The position numbers were made by a program, and so were the translations under genes. From Octopus vulgaris (Eukaryota), in the NCBI GenBank assembly GCA_951406725.2, contig OX597818.1:12772001-12836000 (forward strand): a stretch of 64,000 nt of DNA, in the 5' to 3' direction. The first letter of the stretch is position 1, and each line of letters opens with the position of its first letter. A model generated the notes under the pieces. It was not told the origin of the DNA. It made no database searches and was given only the letters and a program-made list of their open reading frames with translations. This document shows, piece after piece, positions 38,353-52,844 of this stretch.

Positions 38353-40535
38353 TCTGTGACAGTTAGTTTTAAAAAGCCATGTCTGTTTGTTTCGAATTTT
38401 CAAAAACTTAAAACACCTTTTCCACTTTAGCGACTCCAAGCATATAAACATATAGAACAGTGCTTGCGAGCGATTATGTAAGCAATTGTTTAATAGGCTT
38501 TATGTTGTGTACTTTCTCGAGATCAAAGTTACGTTCGGTTCGCCGCTTGTTATATATATATATACTTATGACTTTTTTTTCATTTTGGCCATAAAACTAT
38601 CATGTTGGGTCCATAATTTTTTTTTATTCTTTCAGAGCTGTTTACATGTGCCTTTTTTTACAATAATAATATTGTATTTGATTTTGCATTACGTGACGTT
38701 TTATGCTTAAAATTTTTGAAGTCTTTGACTTAATCGCATAAATAATGGCTTGCTCAAGGAAGCTTGCCTCACAAATTTTACTCCTTTATGGTGGCATGTA
38801 TTGTAGAATTCTTAACTCATGGATTGTGTGCCACCCTGTTTGATTCGCTTATAGATTGCCTGCTTGAAATATTTTCCTAATGCTTCTCACACACAATTTT
38901 CCTCTTTATCTTTGCAATATCGATACTGCTATTTAATTTGGAGCCGGAATTCGAATTTCTCTTTAGCTGAACGAGATATTGATCTATTTATGTTACTATA
39001 CCCCTTAAAATCAAGGCATCTCTTATATTATCCATTTTCATCGTTTTTAGTAAAAAGTTAATGAGTCAGGTATTCTTTCTTGGAACATGCAAATACCGTT
39101 ACTATAATTTTTATGATCAAACATTATGATAACTGCAATCTAATCCTGTGCACAATTGTAACTCAATCTGCCAAATTAAACCAACTTGATTTGAACTTGA
39201 TTTTACATCCTGTGATACAATAAGTAGTATCATATTTCAAAATTGTCACAAATTGACGTTTCAACATTTTATAACTTTTTTTTCCACCGGAATTTTCCCA
39301 ATGCTCACTTTTATTTGCTCATAAAACAAATTCAAATCTTCATCATATCATACAGTATTGGTGAATAGACATTAATGAATACCAGGTAGCGATCATTTTA
39401 TTGGGACATGGACATAGAAGAAAGTCTATCAATGAAGGGAGGTGTCAATTCAGTAAAATATGGGAATAATGTTGACTTAATTCCTAATCCTCCTCTGACA
39501 GCCTACTCTGATTGCCATCATTTTGTACAGCAAAAGGTAGTGTCACCATATATCTCAGCATATTGGTTATTAATCACCATACATTATACATATAAAGTAA
39601 CAATGTTCATCCTCTAATTCGCAAGTTACATGGGAATTAAAGCAATTTCCTTTTCGGCAGATAATGTCATCCACCCGGGTTAATACATTCCAACAGTCAA
39701 CCAGAAATTCTAACATAATCTCTATGGTATTCGATGGTTGAAAACTCTAACAATATTTTCTTTCCGAACCTGCAGGTTATGGTTTCATATAACATATTAT
39801 TTTAACTGTAATAATTTGCATTAAATTGCATTCATATTTTGCATTAATTTAAAGCGTGGTAATACACAAAATAGTTGTATGATCCAAATCTTATTGATTA
39901 GAATGCTTGCTTGTGTGCCAAAGTAAACGGTTTGGTAGTAGTTGGTGTGTGAATTTATAAAAACACAAGCTATTAATTTTAGAAGAAACAGCAGAAACAG
40001 CAGGATTTATTGAACATCTGTATATTAATTTATTTAATTACAAAGGATACGGACATACGAGGAGATCAAACTCTTAACAGTCTTATCCTTTATCGAAGCA
40101 GAAAAAAAGGAAGAAGAAAAGAAAAACAAAATGTCTTGTTTTCCCAATAAGAGCTCATGCAAATGTTTATGAAGTTTGTTTATGATAATTACAGAGGAAA
40201 CCACGCATGTGAGTCTATAAAGACATTAGTGAAGAGTGTTCATTGCATGGTCACCTTCCATTTTTGAAGATCAAATTATCTCTTCAGATTACTGAACACT
40301 ATAGGAAATAATTGATTATACTTAAGACAGCGCTCTAACTAGGAGGTTGTATTCAGTACAGAAAGCATATATTTGTATTTGGCTTGCAAACTTTTAAATC
40401 TGTGCAAAATTATACTTCCAAATATGCTTTCTTAGATTACTCAGTGGCTTTTTGTACACCCCATATAAGATATATATACAGTTTTTGTGTGTTTTAAATG
40501 GTTTATACACAGGAGTCACGCTGCAATTGCATATA

Positions 40536-40596
40536 TACAATTATCTTTTCTATAATTATCTTATCTACAATTATCTTATATACAATTATCTTATCT
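40536..40596. repeat. 15-bp minisatellite (tacaattatcttatc) x4
   Basis: Seen directly, with variants. Confidence 0.85.
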
Positions 40597-41851
40597 AAGG
40601 CGCTATTTGATGAGTGTTGTAACGATTAGTTCAAGCAAAAAATCACAGATGCACATAGTATACAATGAAATAGTCATATTTTAGTTTTCATTCATTCATC
40701 TGTTGTCACTACGTTTTGTGCCCGGATCTGCTGAAGTTTGCTGGAGAAACTGCGTGATCAAATATTTTCCGATTACGAACACGATAAATGCTATTTAAAA
40801 ACAATCTACCATAGACCATATGGTTATATTTACTTTCTTAATTATAATAGATGTGGTTTAAAGCGTATTAGTCTGCTATGGTATGCATACATGATCGAGA
40901 TCGTGTTTGCCCCTTGCTCGTTTATTTATATTTAAAAATACAGATACGTTTTGGACGCGTATATTGATGATCATATCAGGTTTAGATTGAGAGTTACAGA
41001 TAGGAATTCCTACTAAACGACTTGTACACACACACACACACATACACACACACACTCAGACACGCACCACACACACACATACACACACACACTCAGACAC
41101 GCACCATACACACACAGCCGCACAAACACGCTCGCACACGCACACAGTCATATGCATATTTATTCAAATGATTAGGTCGCATATTTCTTGTATTTACAGA
41201 GTAGAAATGTACTTTAATCTTTAATTTGCTAAGAAACTTATAATGTGAAATCATAGAGGTAAGTCATATTCTGTCATAATCTGATTATTCTCTGATCTGG
41301 ATATACATTTGGCAGAAGGCAAGAATATTATTTTACCACACAAGATGTTGAAAAATAATTAGATTCCATTATATAATAAAATATATCATGACACTTTCAT
41401 ATCATCTTCAATAACTTCATGTCACGAAGACAGAAATATAAAAATTATTCCCAATATTGTATTAATATTATTTATGGTTATTGTTGTAAAAACAGTCTTT
41501 AAACAATAGAATCTGAGTAAGAAAAAATATCACTTCTATATATTAAGACTTCTCCGTTGGTCTTCTCTGTTAATAATACAAACGTACATTTTTTCTTACA
41601 AAACGCTGTTTACCAATTATAATCATAATGTCGTATACACAACACTTCCAGGTATACATATACATACACTTCATATTATAAAAGTTACTCAATGCAACTT
41701 TATTGTGCCAAAAGTATTTAGCTATAGGAACTATATAGGTAATGGCATAATACTAATAGTATGCATGTGCAAGTATGTGTATGCGCATATATATGTATAT
41801 ATATAAGTATGTGATGTGCATGTGTGTGCATATATATGTATACACACACAT

Positions 41852-42170
41852 TCTTTTATTATTTTACTTGCTTCAGTCATTTGACGGTGGCAATGCTAGG
41901 GTGCCACCATTTAGTCGAAGAAATTAACCCCTGGAATTATCCCCTGTGAGCCTGGCGCTTATTCTATCAGTCTCCTCTGCTAAACAGCTAAATTACAAAG
42001 ACGCAAACGCACCAACATCGGTTTGAAGCAATGGTGGTGGTTGGACAAGCAGACACACAGACAAACACGCACACACATACATACATACATACATACATAC
42101 ATACATACATACATACATACATACATACACACATACATACATACATACATACATACTATATAGGACGGGC
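41852..42170 (-). mobile_element. SINE (family C) 3' half with internal (CATA)n
   Basis: Reverse complement resembles 49515-49770 and ends gactgaagcaagtaaaataataaaagaa. Confidence 0.75.
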
Positions 42171-42286
42171 TTGGAGGTATTGGTGATGCTGGCAGGTGCG
42201 ATTTTGTGGTTTGCTGCTTTGCCGAGAGAGATCCAGCGCACAATCATATACATACAAACGTACACATACATGCAAACGTACACATA

Positions 42287-43345
42287 CATGCGCTCAGGCT
42301 TAGGCACCTCTGGCTTTACCTGGACGGTGAGCAGGTGTGGTCTCTGCTCGTCCAGCTGTTATTTCCACAGTTCACATCGTTTACCAAACTGAACCGATGG
42401 ATCAAGTGTAGACCGAGGTTGGGTGTGTGGCATGCAGATTGCCATCAGGCACTCGTGCTTCTCTCCCGATCGGGCAACGCCCGTGGCAGGGATACTACCT
42501 CATTCTTCTATAGAGGATTAGTAGAGTTCAAGTGTAACGACGTCCTGGGAGATCCCTAGGCATCGATGAAGATCAACTGGCCAACCTGTTCCAAAGAACA
42601 TTCGAGCTGGGGCCTATGGATAATTACCAAAAGTCCTTGGCCTGGCAATGTTACAGAAGAGCTTTACCTGTTCGAGATAAGCTCTTTCTATATGGGTGTG
42701 CGCCTTAGCCGTTTTTTGAAAGATGTGAGCAGGACAGTGGAACTGTCCTGCACGCGATTGTGCAATGCCCCAAGGTGATTGAGCCCTGGGATTATGTCAA
42801 ACATCTGCTGTCGCATTCGAGAAGAGTACAACTGTCGAGCGAATCTGTAATTAAGATCGTTCCACCGACTTCCCTGAATAGGGAGGAGCGAAACTGTTTT
42901 CTCTCGTTAGTTGCTGTTGCGAAAGAAGTAGTATGGAAGACGAGAGTGAAAGGAATTGCAACAGGCATATTCATCTCCAGTCTCGAGCTAATCGACTTTT
43001 TCGTTTTCCACATGAAACGGAAAAGAAGGCTGGAGAAGAAATGCCTATCGCAAAGTGTGTTTCGTAAACGATGGAAGTCTATAGCAAATATGTTGCGAGT
43101 GAAAGGACCTGGCTAAACGAGAATATAAAAAGGAGAAAGTAAGTTTTCGGTGTGAGTATGTGGTTTGTGGGGTCGACCGCTTCCTCCACTTCGTTTTTTG
43201 AACATCACTCATTCTCATTTAATTGTATATATTTTAATTGTTTGTTTATTCATACGTTTCGCCTCAATCGATACCCTGACTCCGATGTTTGTTTTGTCTG
43301 TCCTCGTATCGTTCCCTCTTTTTCTCAGCCTCATGGTTAATAAAT
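42287..43345 (+). pseudogene. 3' fragment of a Tx1/L1-like LINE with 3' UTR
   Basis: HALRLRHLW...W, a Cys remnant CTRLC, and LVAVAKEVVWKTR...VFRKRW (AKxxxWxxR and FxxRW C-terminal pattern). aataaa at ~43339. Confidence 0.7.
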
Positions 43346-44648
43346 TGACTGGAATTCTTTTAGTTGTCTTCAAAAGTGAAATTGACATCCAATATTTACT
43401 GTGTAAACATCTACTGTGTCTCTCACTCTCTCTTTCTCTTTTACCTCCTTTCTGTCCCTCATCTCTCCTACTTTTGATTTAACAATGTATGTATGTATCT
43501 ATGCATCTAGTTCTCTTGCGATATACGCCGTCACCACACACTGTCTCTTTCATTCTCTCCTTTCTCTCTCACTTTTTTTCCTTTTCCCACTCTCTCTCTC
43601 TTTCTCTCTTACTTCCTCTCTGTCCTCCTATCTCTCTCGCTTTGACACTTTGCAGTGTGACACAAACCACACGTACGTACAAAAACAAAAACTTAGCGTA
43701 TAAATATTATTGAATATTGGTCGGTTTGATCAGAAAAATGTAGCCTCTGATTAAAAATGGGTTCTAAAAATCACCACAAGGCTAAATGCTTGTTCATGAA
43801 GCAAGAACATGAAAACTTTTGCAGAATTTGTAGAACTTACCTGCACATATTGCATTAGTATTAGATATATGGGTGTTTTTATATATACCTGTCTGTGTGT
43901 GTATGTGCATACATGTATACATTAGTGTGTGTTATCTAGTAAATCTTCAATTGAAAGAGTCTGTCGTTTTAATGTTATTGAAATTCCATCTGCCGTTCCC
44001 ACTCAATTGAAACAGAAATTATAATTTTATATTGTGTTGTTCGAGTAACAAAATTGCAGTGAATATTGATGTCGATGATATATATTGCGCATAAATGTTA
44101 GAGTGCAGTTATGTACAAGTGACTGGATATGCTATTTAGATATAATGCAAGCTGAAACATTATCATTTGATTTACGGTAAGTGATGTTGTAGAAGAAAGG
44201 TTTGTTTCCAGGTAAGAAGGAAAGACATCTCTTAAAATATCTAGTAATGGAAAGTATTATACAAATCATTAGATGTACAAATTATTTCTATGAAATAAAT
44301 TTTCATCACATAACATATGTTATGCGAATAACGAATCGTTATCTATTGAGCAAATAGTTGAACATATAGATTATTTGTGAATAAAACTCTTTAAAGTATG
44401 CAGGGATATTTACTTAAGCAATGAATATAGATTTCACTGTATACATATGCTAATCCCTCACATATATAGGTAAATAATATACTAGAACGTATAAATGGAT
44501 ATAAATATGTCAATATGTATGCATACTTTGCAGTCATACAGATACATATGAATATTCCAACATGTTTCTACATATATAAACATATACGCATTCCTGTACA
44601 AAAATACATACATTTATGTATATATGAATCCCACATATATACATCCGG

Positions 44649-44717
<69 letters not shown>

Positions 44718-44819
44718 TACATATATATATACATATATATACATACATATATATACATATATACATATATATATACACCTATTATTAGACAAAACATACA
44801 TGCATAGGTATATATATTC

Positions 44820-44869
<50 letters not shown>

Positions 44870-45959
44870 GTAATGTTTATATGCCAACAGAACGTCCTAT
44901 AAGGATGATGTTACCGTTGTTATAGCTCAAGAAAAACATCTTTTCCAGCTGGCTATCGACACACAGTTTGTGCTCTTTTAGCATTCGCAAGGGAGATCAT
45001 CGCTCCCACCTCTAGCCCTACACGATACTCACTGACCCGGGCTTCTAGGTGGTTACCTGTCCTAAGTGAGAGATAATCACAGGCTAGTGGCAAAAGCCGT
45101 CTCCACTTGCAAATGCTATATATCTTTTAAGCGGTCCACAGCTGCTGATTTCTATAGAGAAAAACAACTTGTTTTAAATCTCACGCACAAGGTAGAGGCT
45201 GGGTGTGTGGTAAGAAGTCCGCTTCACTACTACATGATCCTGGTCAGTAACCCTTGATCGATGTTCTACGTAGACGTTATAATCAACGTAGACGTAGACA
45301 TTTATATCCTCGGCCTGGCCAAAACCTTGTGAGTGTATCTGATAGGTGACGATGAAAGGATATATATACAGATATATGTGTGTATGAGTGTGTGTGTTTG
45401 CGCGCGCGCGCGTGTGTTTGCGAGTGCATGTCTTTGTGTCTATCTTTCACAGTCACTTGACAATGTTTTGTTTACATATCCGTAACTTAGCTATTCGACA
45501 AAAGAATAAGAATCGGTCCTAAAAAGTAGGGGTCGATTCATTCGACTAAAATTTCTTCAAAGTGATGTCCTTGCATCGTCATAATCTAATGACTGAAACA
45601 AGTAAAATATGTATTATCACACACGCATATACTTGGCGAACAGCGAAATAGCTAAGTAGGCAGGTAATGATGTAAATAGATAGACACATAGAGTAACTGT
45701 GGTAAATATAGTGAAAAAGTGGATGTAGATTGCTTATAACGTCTACGTTGATTAAATTGCAGATATTGACAGAGTAACCTTTTTGCTATAGGAATAACTA
45801 TAAGTATAACCGCCATCGCAATCAATCCATTTGAGCCATTAATGAATCCAATCCTTGAATACTGGAAACAGATGTGGAGATGCACTGTTGCATATACACA
45901 CACAAAACGCGAACACACAGACATACAAGAACACACACACACACGCATATACACACACA

Positions 45960-46720
45960 CAACTTTACCTCATTTGTCTTATCAAATCACTGTTACTGAT
46001 CACTTGTTCTTCGCTGAAATAAACAATAAGGAGTGGATTAAAGAGAGCGACAGATTCTAGCTGTGAGATATGGACCATTAACTAGACAAATTCCTCTATC
46101 ACGTGATATGTTGCAAAACATGTGTGTGATCGCGTATTTTCATGATGAAGAAGAAACGTTTCCAGATTTTCCTTCAGTCTTTTCCTTCCATTAGGTTCTT
46201 TAACTGTTTCCAGTATCTTCATGCACCACTCCTGGTCTACAATTACGGCTAAGTGCCTGAAAGATCATGGAGAATAACGCTCTTCTGGTACCATGATTTC
46301 CTTTGCTGATCATTATTTTGTAAACTTCATATGCACTGGGAAAGAATTGTGTTGCCATTCAATGGACTGAACTTTGTTTCTTGATCATAAAAGCAAGGCC
46401 GATTTTCCTCCTGTGTAAAGAAATCGAAAGAAACGTGTTTTCAGGGACTTCAAATGCTTCCAACAGTTCCAAGGAGGCATCCATCATTCCATCCAGAGAC
46501 ACCACCTGCACACATTTTCCGAAGTACCAAGACTTTCTTCATCTTCTGCGATGCATTATGACAACATGCTTGCCTTGAAGCAAGGTCAAAAAATATCTGT
46601 CTACGCGAAAAAATTTCATCCACATGCGGGTGATTCGTGTTATATTATGGTTTCCTACTATATGGTTAACATTTAAGGCCGGTTCTTGTTTTTAAATTTC
46701 TTATAAATGGTATCATTTCT
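45960..46720 (-). pseudogene. Mariner (Tc1/mariner) transposase relic
   Basis: Minus-strand peptides in order: PYSRKP (GRP-like), LRKMCAGGV (RKxCARWVP-like, ~46500), FYDQETK...IEW (~46380), SAKEIMV, LLHHENTRSH (LLHDNARPH-like, ~46140). Confidence 0.75.
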
Positions 46721-47016
46721 GTATTTAACCAGTTGACTTCTTTGTATATCTGACACCTTGCAAAAAACTCATTTGCCATGACATCATAGACGACATTTAT
46801 AGCGTAATTTGCCTGCAATAATGGAAGACAATGTGAAGATTTACCTTACAGGGATAGTTGTTCAACGAAAAAGAGCAATGTAAAAAAACGCATGTGGGTC
46901 ACGTCCACAACCGTGAACATTCGGTCACTTTGTATATATGTATGCGTGCATGCATGTAAGTATGTATACATCTACACAAACACACACACGCACGCATACA
47001 TATATAGGTGTATAAA

Positions 47017-47065
<49 letters not shown>

Positions 47066-47070
<5 letters not shown>

Positions 47071-47268
47071 ATCCAAACATGAGAACACAAACAGAAAACA
47101 CAACAACGCGAGGACGTGGAACAAGTATAGAATTATTGGACGCTCAGGAAAGAAGGAGGGTGTAACGTTTCGAGCAGAGCTCTTCGTCAGAAACATAGGA
47201 AAAGGAAAGATCCAAAGAAGGGAAGACGGAGGAAAAATATCGCCAACGGTACACACGCGGTCACATTT
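47066..47268 (-). mobile_element. ~200-bp pLTR-type element with a minimal hammerhead, between TA tracts
   Basis: GC-richer island between (TA)n runs; it contains the motif at 47160-47194. Confidence 0.75.
47160..47194 (-). ncRNA. Minimal type I hammerhead motif
   Basis: gttt-CTGACGA-a-gagc(tct)gctc-GAAAC-GTT-acac. Stem III is the loopless palindrome acgt. Stem I has one mismatch. Confidence 0.7.
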
Positions 47269-47350
47269 TGAATGTGAATATATTTTTAATATATGTATAT
47301 ATATATATATATACATATATATGTATGCCACACAGCCATTCCTACGCCTA

Positions 47351-47488
47351 GGAGTGTCTGTATGATAAGTAGCTTGTTTACCAACCTCATGGTTCTGGGC
47401 TCAGTCTCACTGCGTGGCACTTTGGCCTCGGGCCGACTGAAGACTTGTGAGTGGATTTGGTAGACGGAAACTGAAAGAAGCCTGTCGT
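47351..47488 (+). mobile_element. SINE (family C) 5' half
   Basis: Homologous to 49361-49518 (cttgtgagtggattt.gtaga.ggaaact.aaagaagcc.gtcgtatata). Confidence 0.8.
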
Positions 47489-48477
47489 ATATATGTATAT
47501 ATATATATAGTTTGATAGCTAGATAGGAATAGAGGTGTAGAGAGAGAGAGAGAGAGGGAGAGCGGGGGAGAGAGATGGGTGTATGTCTGTGTGTGTATAC
47601 CCACCCACACGCACACATGCAAACATACATATACATATATAGATTTGATAAATTTTAATATTTGGTTTAGAGAGAATTCTACTTTAGCTGTAATGGAGTG
47701 CACTGAGTCCTATATTTAATTAATTTTAATTAATCAAAACGTCCAGTTAGTCTTCGGCACTTTGATCAGAAATAGTCATTAGAAAATGAGACTTCACATC
47801 AATGTTAAATTTTAATTAAAATTTCTCAGGTTAATTCATCAAGTAGCGTACTGCTCACTTTACGGAGAGATATAGGAGTGCAGATAGATATATGCTATAG
47901 ATATTGTCCATTTTTATAGCTTTAAGAAAACTTTTCATTTAGATAACGGTTTGCAAATGTTTATATTCGATAACTTTGACTTAATGCATATATATAGATA
48001 TCTTCTGCCCGTTGTGAAGTAAGGTATGTTAACAAACAGGTGGATTACAAATTAAGTAATTAAGTGTACGTTATTAGGCTAGCTTTCCCATTCATTATAT
48101 CTAAGTCCGATTTCATTTCAAGTAGGTCTCTAATGGAAAACGTTACCCATCAATTTTGTGTGGCAATCAAACGCACTAGACAAAAGAATGTGAGCTTGTT
48201 ACGAACAGAATGACGATACGATTCCAAATGATAGAAAGGATAGCTAAGTAACGGGCGGGGTTGTTAAACAGTGTTGCATGTTTCGTCAATCGCAACAAAT
48301 ATATTTACTATAGTAAGTCCAACAATAGCAAATTGCACATAGAAAAATTAGAACTGTCTCTCTCCAGTTATTATAGTTTACTTTTCAGAATGATATGTCC
48401 TTTCTGTGAGTTACTCACGAAAACCTTTGAACCGTAAGGCAATTTACTAATTAAATATTGCGGCTATAATATCCAAG

Positions 48478-48568
<91 letters not shown>

Positions 48569-49145
48569 GTCTATATGTGTGTGTGTGTGGTGTGGAGGCG
48601 CGTGTCAGCATCATGATCGTAAGATTATGGTTTCGGTTCATGGACCGAGTGACGCGTTGTGTTCTTGAGTAAAATACTTAATTTCACGTTGGTCCAATCC
48701 ACTATGGCGTATGTATTCCCGGCTGGGGAACACATACGCCATAGAAACCGGGACACCGGGCCCATGAGCCTGGCTAGGCTCATGGGCCTATATATATATA
48801 CATACATATGATGAATAGATCAACATTTATTTCGGTGATATATATGGTAAAAGTACTTCAATAGTACTCAAAACTATCACACACAATTCGGTCTGTTATT
48901 GGGCGGCACACTTCATCTCACTTTGCGATCACTACGACACATAATGTGTGGTGCACCGTGCACATGTACAGGCAACGTCGATTTGAAGGAGGAAGTGAAC
49001 TAATGTACTGCACAAAAATTTGATTACTATAGAGAAATCACTGGTGTGGAGACTTTTACTCGGAATACGAGAGGATATCTCCATCATCATAATTTTCATT
49101 ATATCGGTAATAATAATAATAACAACAACAACAATAATAATAATG

Positions 49146-49192
<47 letters not shown>

Positions 49193-49360
49193 CAAATAAA
49201 TAGTTTTGACAAATAAATATAAGTCGATAAGTGTGTTTAAATGTTGAGAAGAGTACCGGCACAGTTTAGGCTACCTTTTGTTATCCGCAGTTGTGATACT
49301 CATCCATGGGATCTACTTCAGGCACTCCGCATTTAGCAACAAGCATATAACAATTCCGCT

Positions 49361-49517
49361 GCAGTGGCTGTGTGGTAATTAGCTTGATTACCAACCCCAT
49401 AGTTCCGGGTTCAGTCCTACAGCGTGGCATTTTGGGCGAGTGTCTTCTACTATAGCCACGGGCCGACCAAAGTCTTGTGAGTGGATTTTGTAGATGGAAA
49501 CTAAAAGAAGCCCGTCG

Positions 49518-49548
<31 letters not shown>

Positions 49549-49770
49549 TTGTGTGTGTGTATGTGTGTTTGTGTGTCCGTGTTTGTCCCCCACCATCGCT
49601 TCACAACTGATGCTGGTGTGTTTACGTCTCCGTATCTAGCGGTTCGGCAAAGGAGACCGATATAATAAGTACTAGGCTTACAAAGAACAATTCTGGGGTT
49701 GATTTTCTGGACTAAAGGCGGTTCTCCAGTATGGCTGCAGTCATATGACTGAAACAAGTAAAAGAATAAA
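49361..49770 (+). mobile_element. Near full-length tRNA-derived SINE (family C) with an internal (TA)n(TG)n tract
   Basis: A-box-like tggctgtgtggtaa and B-box-like gggttcagtcc; 3' end gactgaaacaagtaaaagaataaaa. Partial relatives at ~24390, 45310, 52375, 60900 and 63205. Confidence 0.85.
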
Positions 49771-49829
49771 AACTATATAACAACAATCCTGCCAACACTA
49801 AAATTCTCTAGTCAGACATCTTTATGAAT

Positions 49830-49875
49830 GTACCAGAAGAGACCCAGACTGATGGGTCGAAAAATATGTAGTACC
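49830..49875 (+). ncRNA. Decayed minimal hammerhead motif
   Basis: gtac-CAGAAGA-gaccca(gactga)tgggtc-GAAAA-atat-GTA-gtac. Stem II is a perfect 6 bp; there are two substitutions relative to CTGAAGA and GAAAC. aataaa follows. Confidence 0.6.
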
Positions 49876-50816
49876 TAATAAAAATCAAATACGAAATACA
49901 TTCCCCATTAATCAATACCCTTTCTCTCTCTATATATATGACATACAATTTTTAAATACGAGCAAATTTATATGTGCATCCGTGTGTTTGTGTGTGTGTG
50001 TATGTGTGTGTGAGTGTGTATATGTGAATGTATATACGCATGTATGTGTAGTGATGTCCTTTGTTCTATGGGACTGGACGCCCCTACCTCGCACCTCATC
50101 CAGCCATATAAGTTTGGACGATACCATAGTAAGAGTCAGCAAAAATCCGTCGTCAACATCTTTTCGATAGGTTTTATTATTCCAGTACATAATTCACAAT
50201 ACATACCCTAGTACATACCTCATCAAACATACCCTAGTAATACCTCAACCTACATAACCCAGTACCTATCTTATTACTCCAGTATATATGCCGCCTCAAT
50301 AATAACAATCTTTTTCTTGTTTCTCTCTTTATCTTTCACCTTTCCCTCTACATATTAACTCTCCCTATTCACATTTGGGATCACACCTTATAGTAAAACG
50401 CTTCTTGGTTCTCCAAATTTATTTTGTCATTTTTATTTCTTGCTGTTCACCATCCTACTCAGTTGAGCTCAGGAATTTTGTACGATAATGTAAACTTTAT
50501 TAAGGTAACCGCACCTCTATGGTTGGTTACGCCGAGAAGATTTTATTGCGCAATACTTAGGTAATGAAGTACATCTTGTTAAGAAACATATATATATAGC
50601 ATAGATTTTACCTATTCCCCTCACTCAAGTGGGAATTTCATTTGCATTTTAAGCACCATAAGTGAGTTGTATATAACCTATCAACTTATCGAATTTTTTT
50701 GTAACTTCGATATGGGAAAAAGCTTGTAATTCTAGATGCAAATAATTTTTATTGTATTTTATCTGGTTGCCTACCACTTCAAGCTAACAAGTTTCATAGA
50801 GTGGGATAACTGAACC

Positions 50817-50866
<50 letters not shown>

Positions 50867-50877
50867 AGTGTGTGTTG

Positions 50878-50917
<40 letters not shown>

Positions 50918-51353
50918 CAGATAGATAGATGGATAGAGAGGGAGGGAGAGGGAGAGAGAGGTGAGATGAGAAGAAGAAGAAAACACATAGAGAGTTAATA
51001 TAGGGTACAGCTGTCAACACAAGAGATGACGGGAAAAGGGAGTCGAATAAAATTGAACTTTCCAGTCAATCATTTTTCTCATATTGTAAACTGATAAAAG
51101 AAAAATGTTGAGAAATAAATTATAGATGTAATCGATCCACACTGTGCAGCACATTAGATTTAAAACTTTTAAAATAGCATATTAACTAAACGAATATGGC
51201 AACACAGGTATACACTCGCATAGAAAACATACGAAATGTAATTAAATATACGCTGATGCACACCTGTATCAATGTATATGCATATACGCATGTGTGTATG
51301 TATGCACATATATATATGCAAGTAAGTATATGTATACATACATATATACACAA

Positions 51354-51388
<35 letters not shown>

Positions 51389-51524
51389 CATATATATATA
51401 TATACAGATAGATAGATATGTATATATGATGATATTTATATATATATCTTTATTTCTCTATATATATTTCTCTCTCTCTATATATATATGTATACTTTAT
51501 ACATATATGTAGATATACAGATAG

Positions 51525-51599
<75 letters not shown>

Positions 51600-51865
51600 A
51601 CGGGCATACAATAGAACCATATCCATAATGTGAAGATATGTAGATTTATTCGAGAATCCTGACAGCGAGCATGCAGTTTCACAGGCGACTACTTGGATAA
51701 AATCTACATTTTTTATTGTACTCTATACATTTTGAAATGAACGTGTTGATTAATCGTTGTCAAGCGCGAGATTGAGTATGTACATGCCTATATCTGCACA
51801 TACACAAGGATACACCGTATATTATAGAGCATAGACAAAACTATATACAGTGACACAGAGACACT

Positions 51866-51943
<78 letters not shown>

Positions 51944-52246
51944 CGATAATCGTACACAACTGTGACAATTTATCCGGATGCATGCTTGACTTCTTTGAGA
52001 CTATGCCGAGAAGAAAGGACTTTATCAGGAACTAGGAATATAGCATTATGCCATGGTTTCTATGACCTTATTTCTCCACCCGGATGATTTTGTATTCAAA
52101 TAATAAACACCATTGGCTGAAATGTAAATCAAGAATCATATGGAAATAAATCATATTTTCATCATTTTATTCAAACATTTAAATAATCCAAAGTAATCAT
52201 GGATAGCTCCACAAAAACATCGAATGGATACGTTATATGTATGTAA

Positions 52247-52321
<75 letters not shown>

Positions 52322-52325
52322 ATAA

Positions 52326-52377
<52 letters not shown>

Positions 52378-52628
52378 GTGTGTCAGTTGGTCCTCACAGC
52401 ATCTGGTAACAACCGATGTTTGTGTGTTTACGTCCCCGTAACTTAGCGGTTCGGCAAAAGACTCCCATAGAATAAGAACCAAGCATACAAAGAATAAGTC
52501 CTGGGATCGATTCGTTCGACTAGAAGGGCTACTCCAACACGGCTGCAGTCATGCTGTACTGCTTGACATACGAATTCATACATATGTACATACATATATA
52601 TGTGTATATGTAAATACATATATATGTT

Positions 52629-52668
<40 letters not shown>

Positions 52669-52691
52669 ATATGTAAATACATATATATGTT

Positions 52692-52737
<46 letters not shown>

Positions 52738-52754
52738 TTCATCTTCCTTTTCGT

Positions 52755-52757
<3 letters not shown>

Positions 52758-52823
<66 letters not shown>

Positions 52824-52844
52824 ATTATTATTATTATTATTATT
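52758..52844. repeat. (TAA)n tail or target tract of the Dong-like LINE
   Basis: Seen directly, abutting the element 3' UTR. Confidence 0.95.

Noticed and set aside
50047-50307. TG...CA-bounded island with aataaa, possible solo LTR
   Set aside because: No target-site duplication and no second copy in the window.
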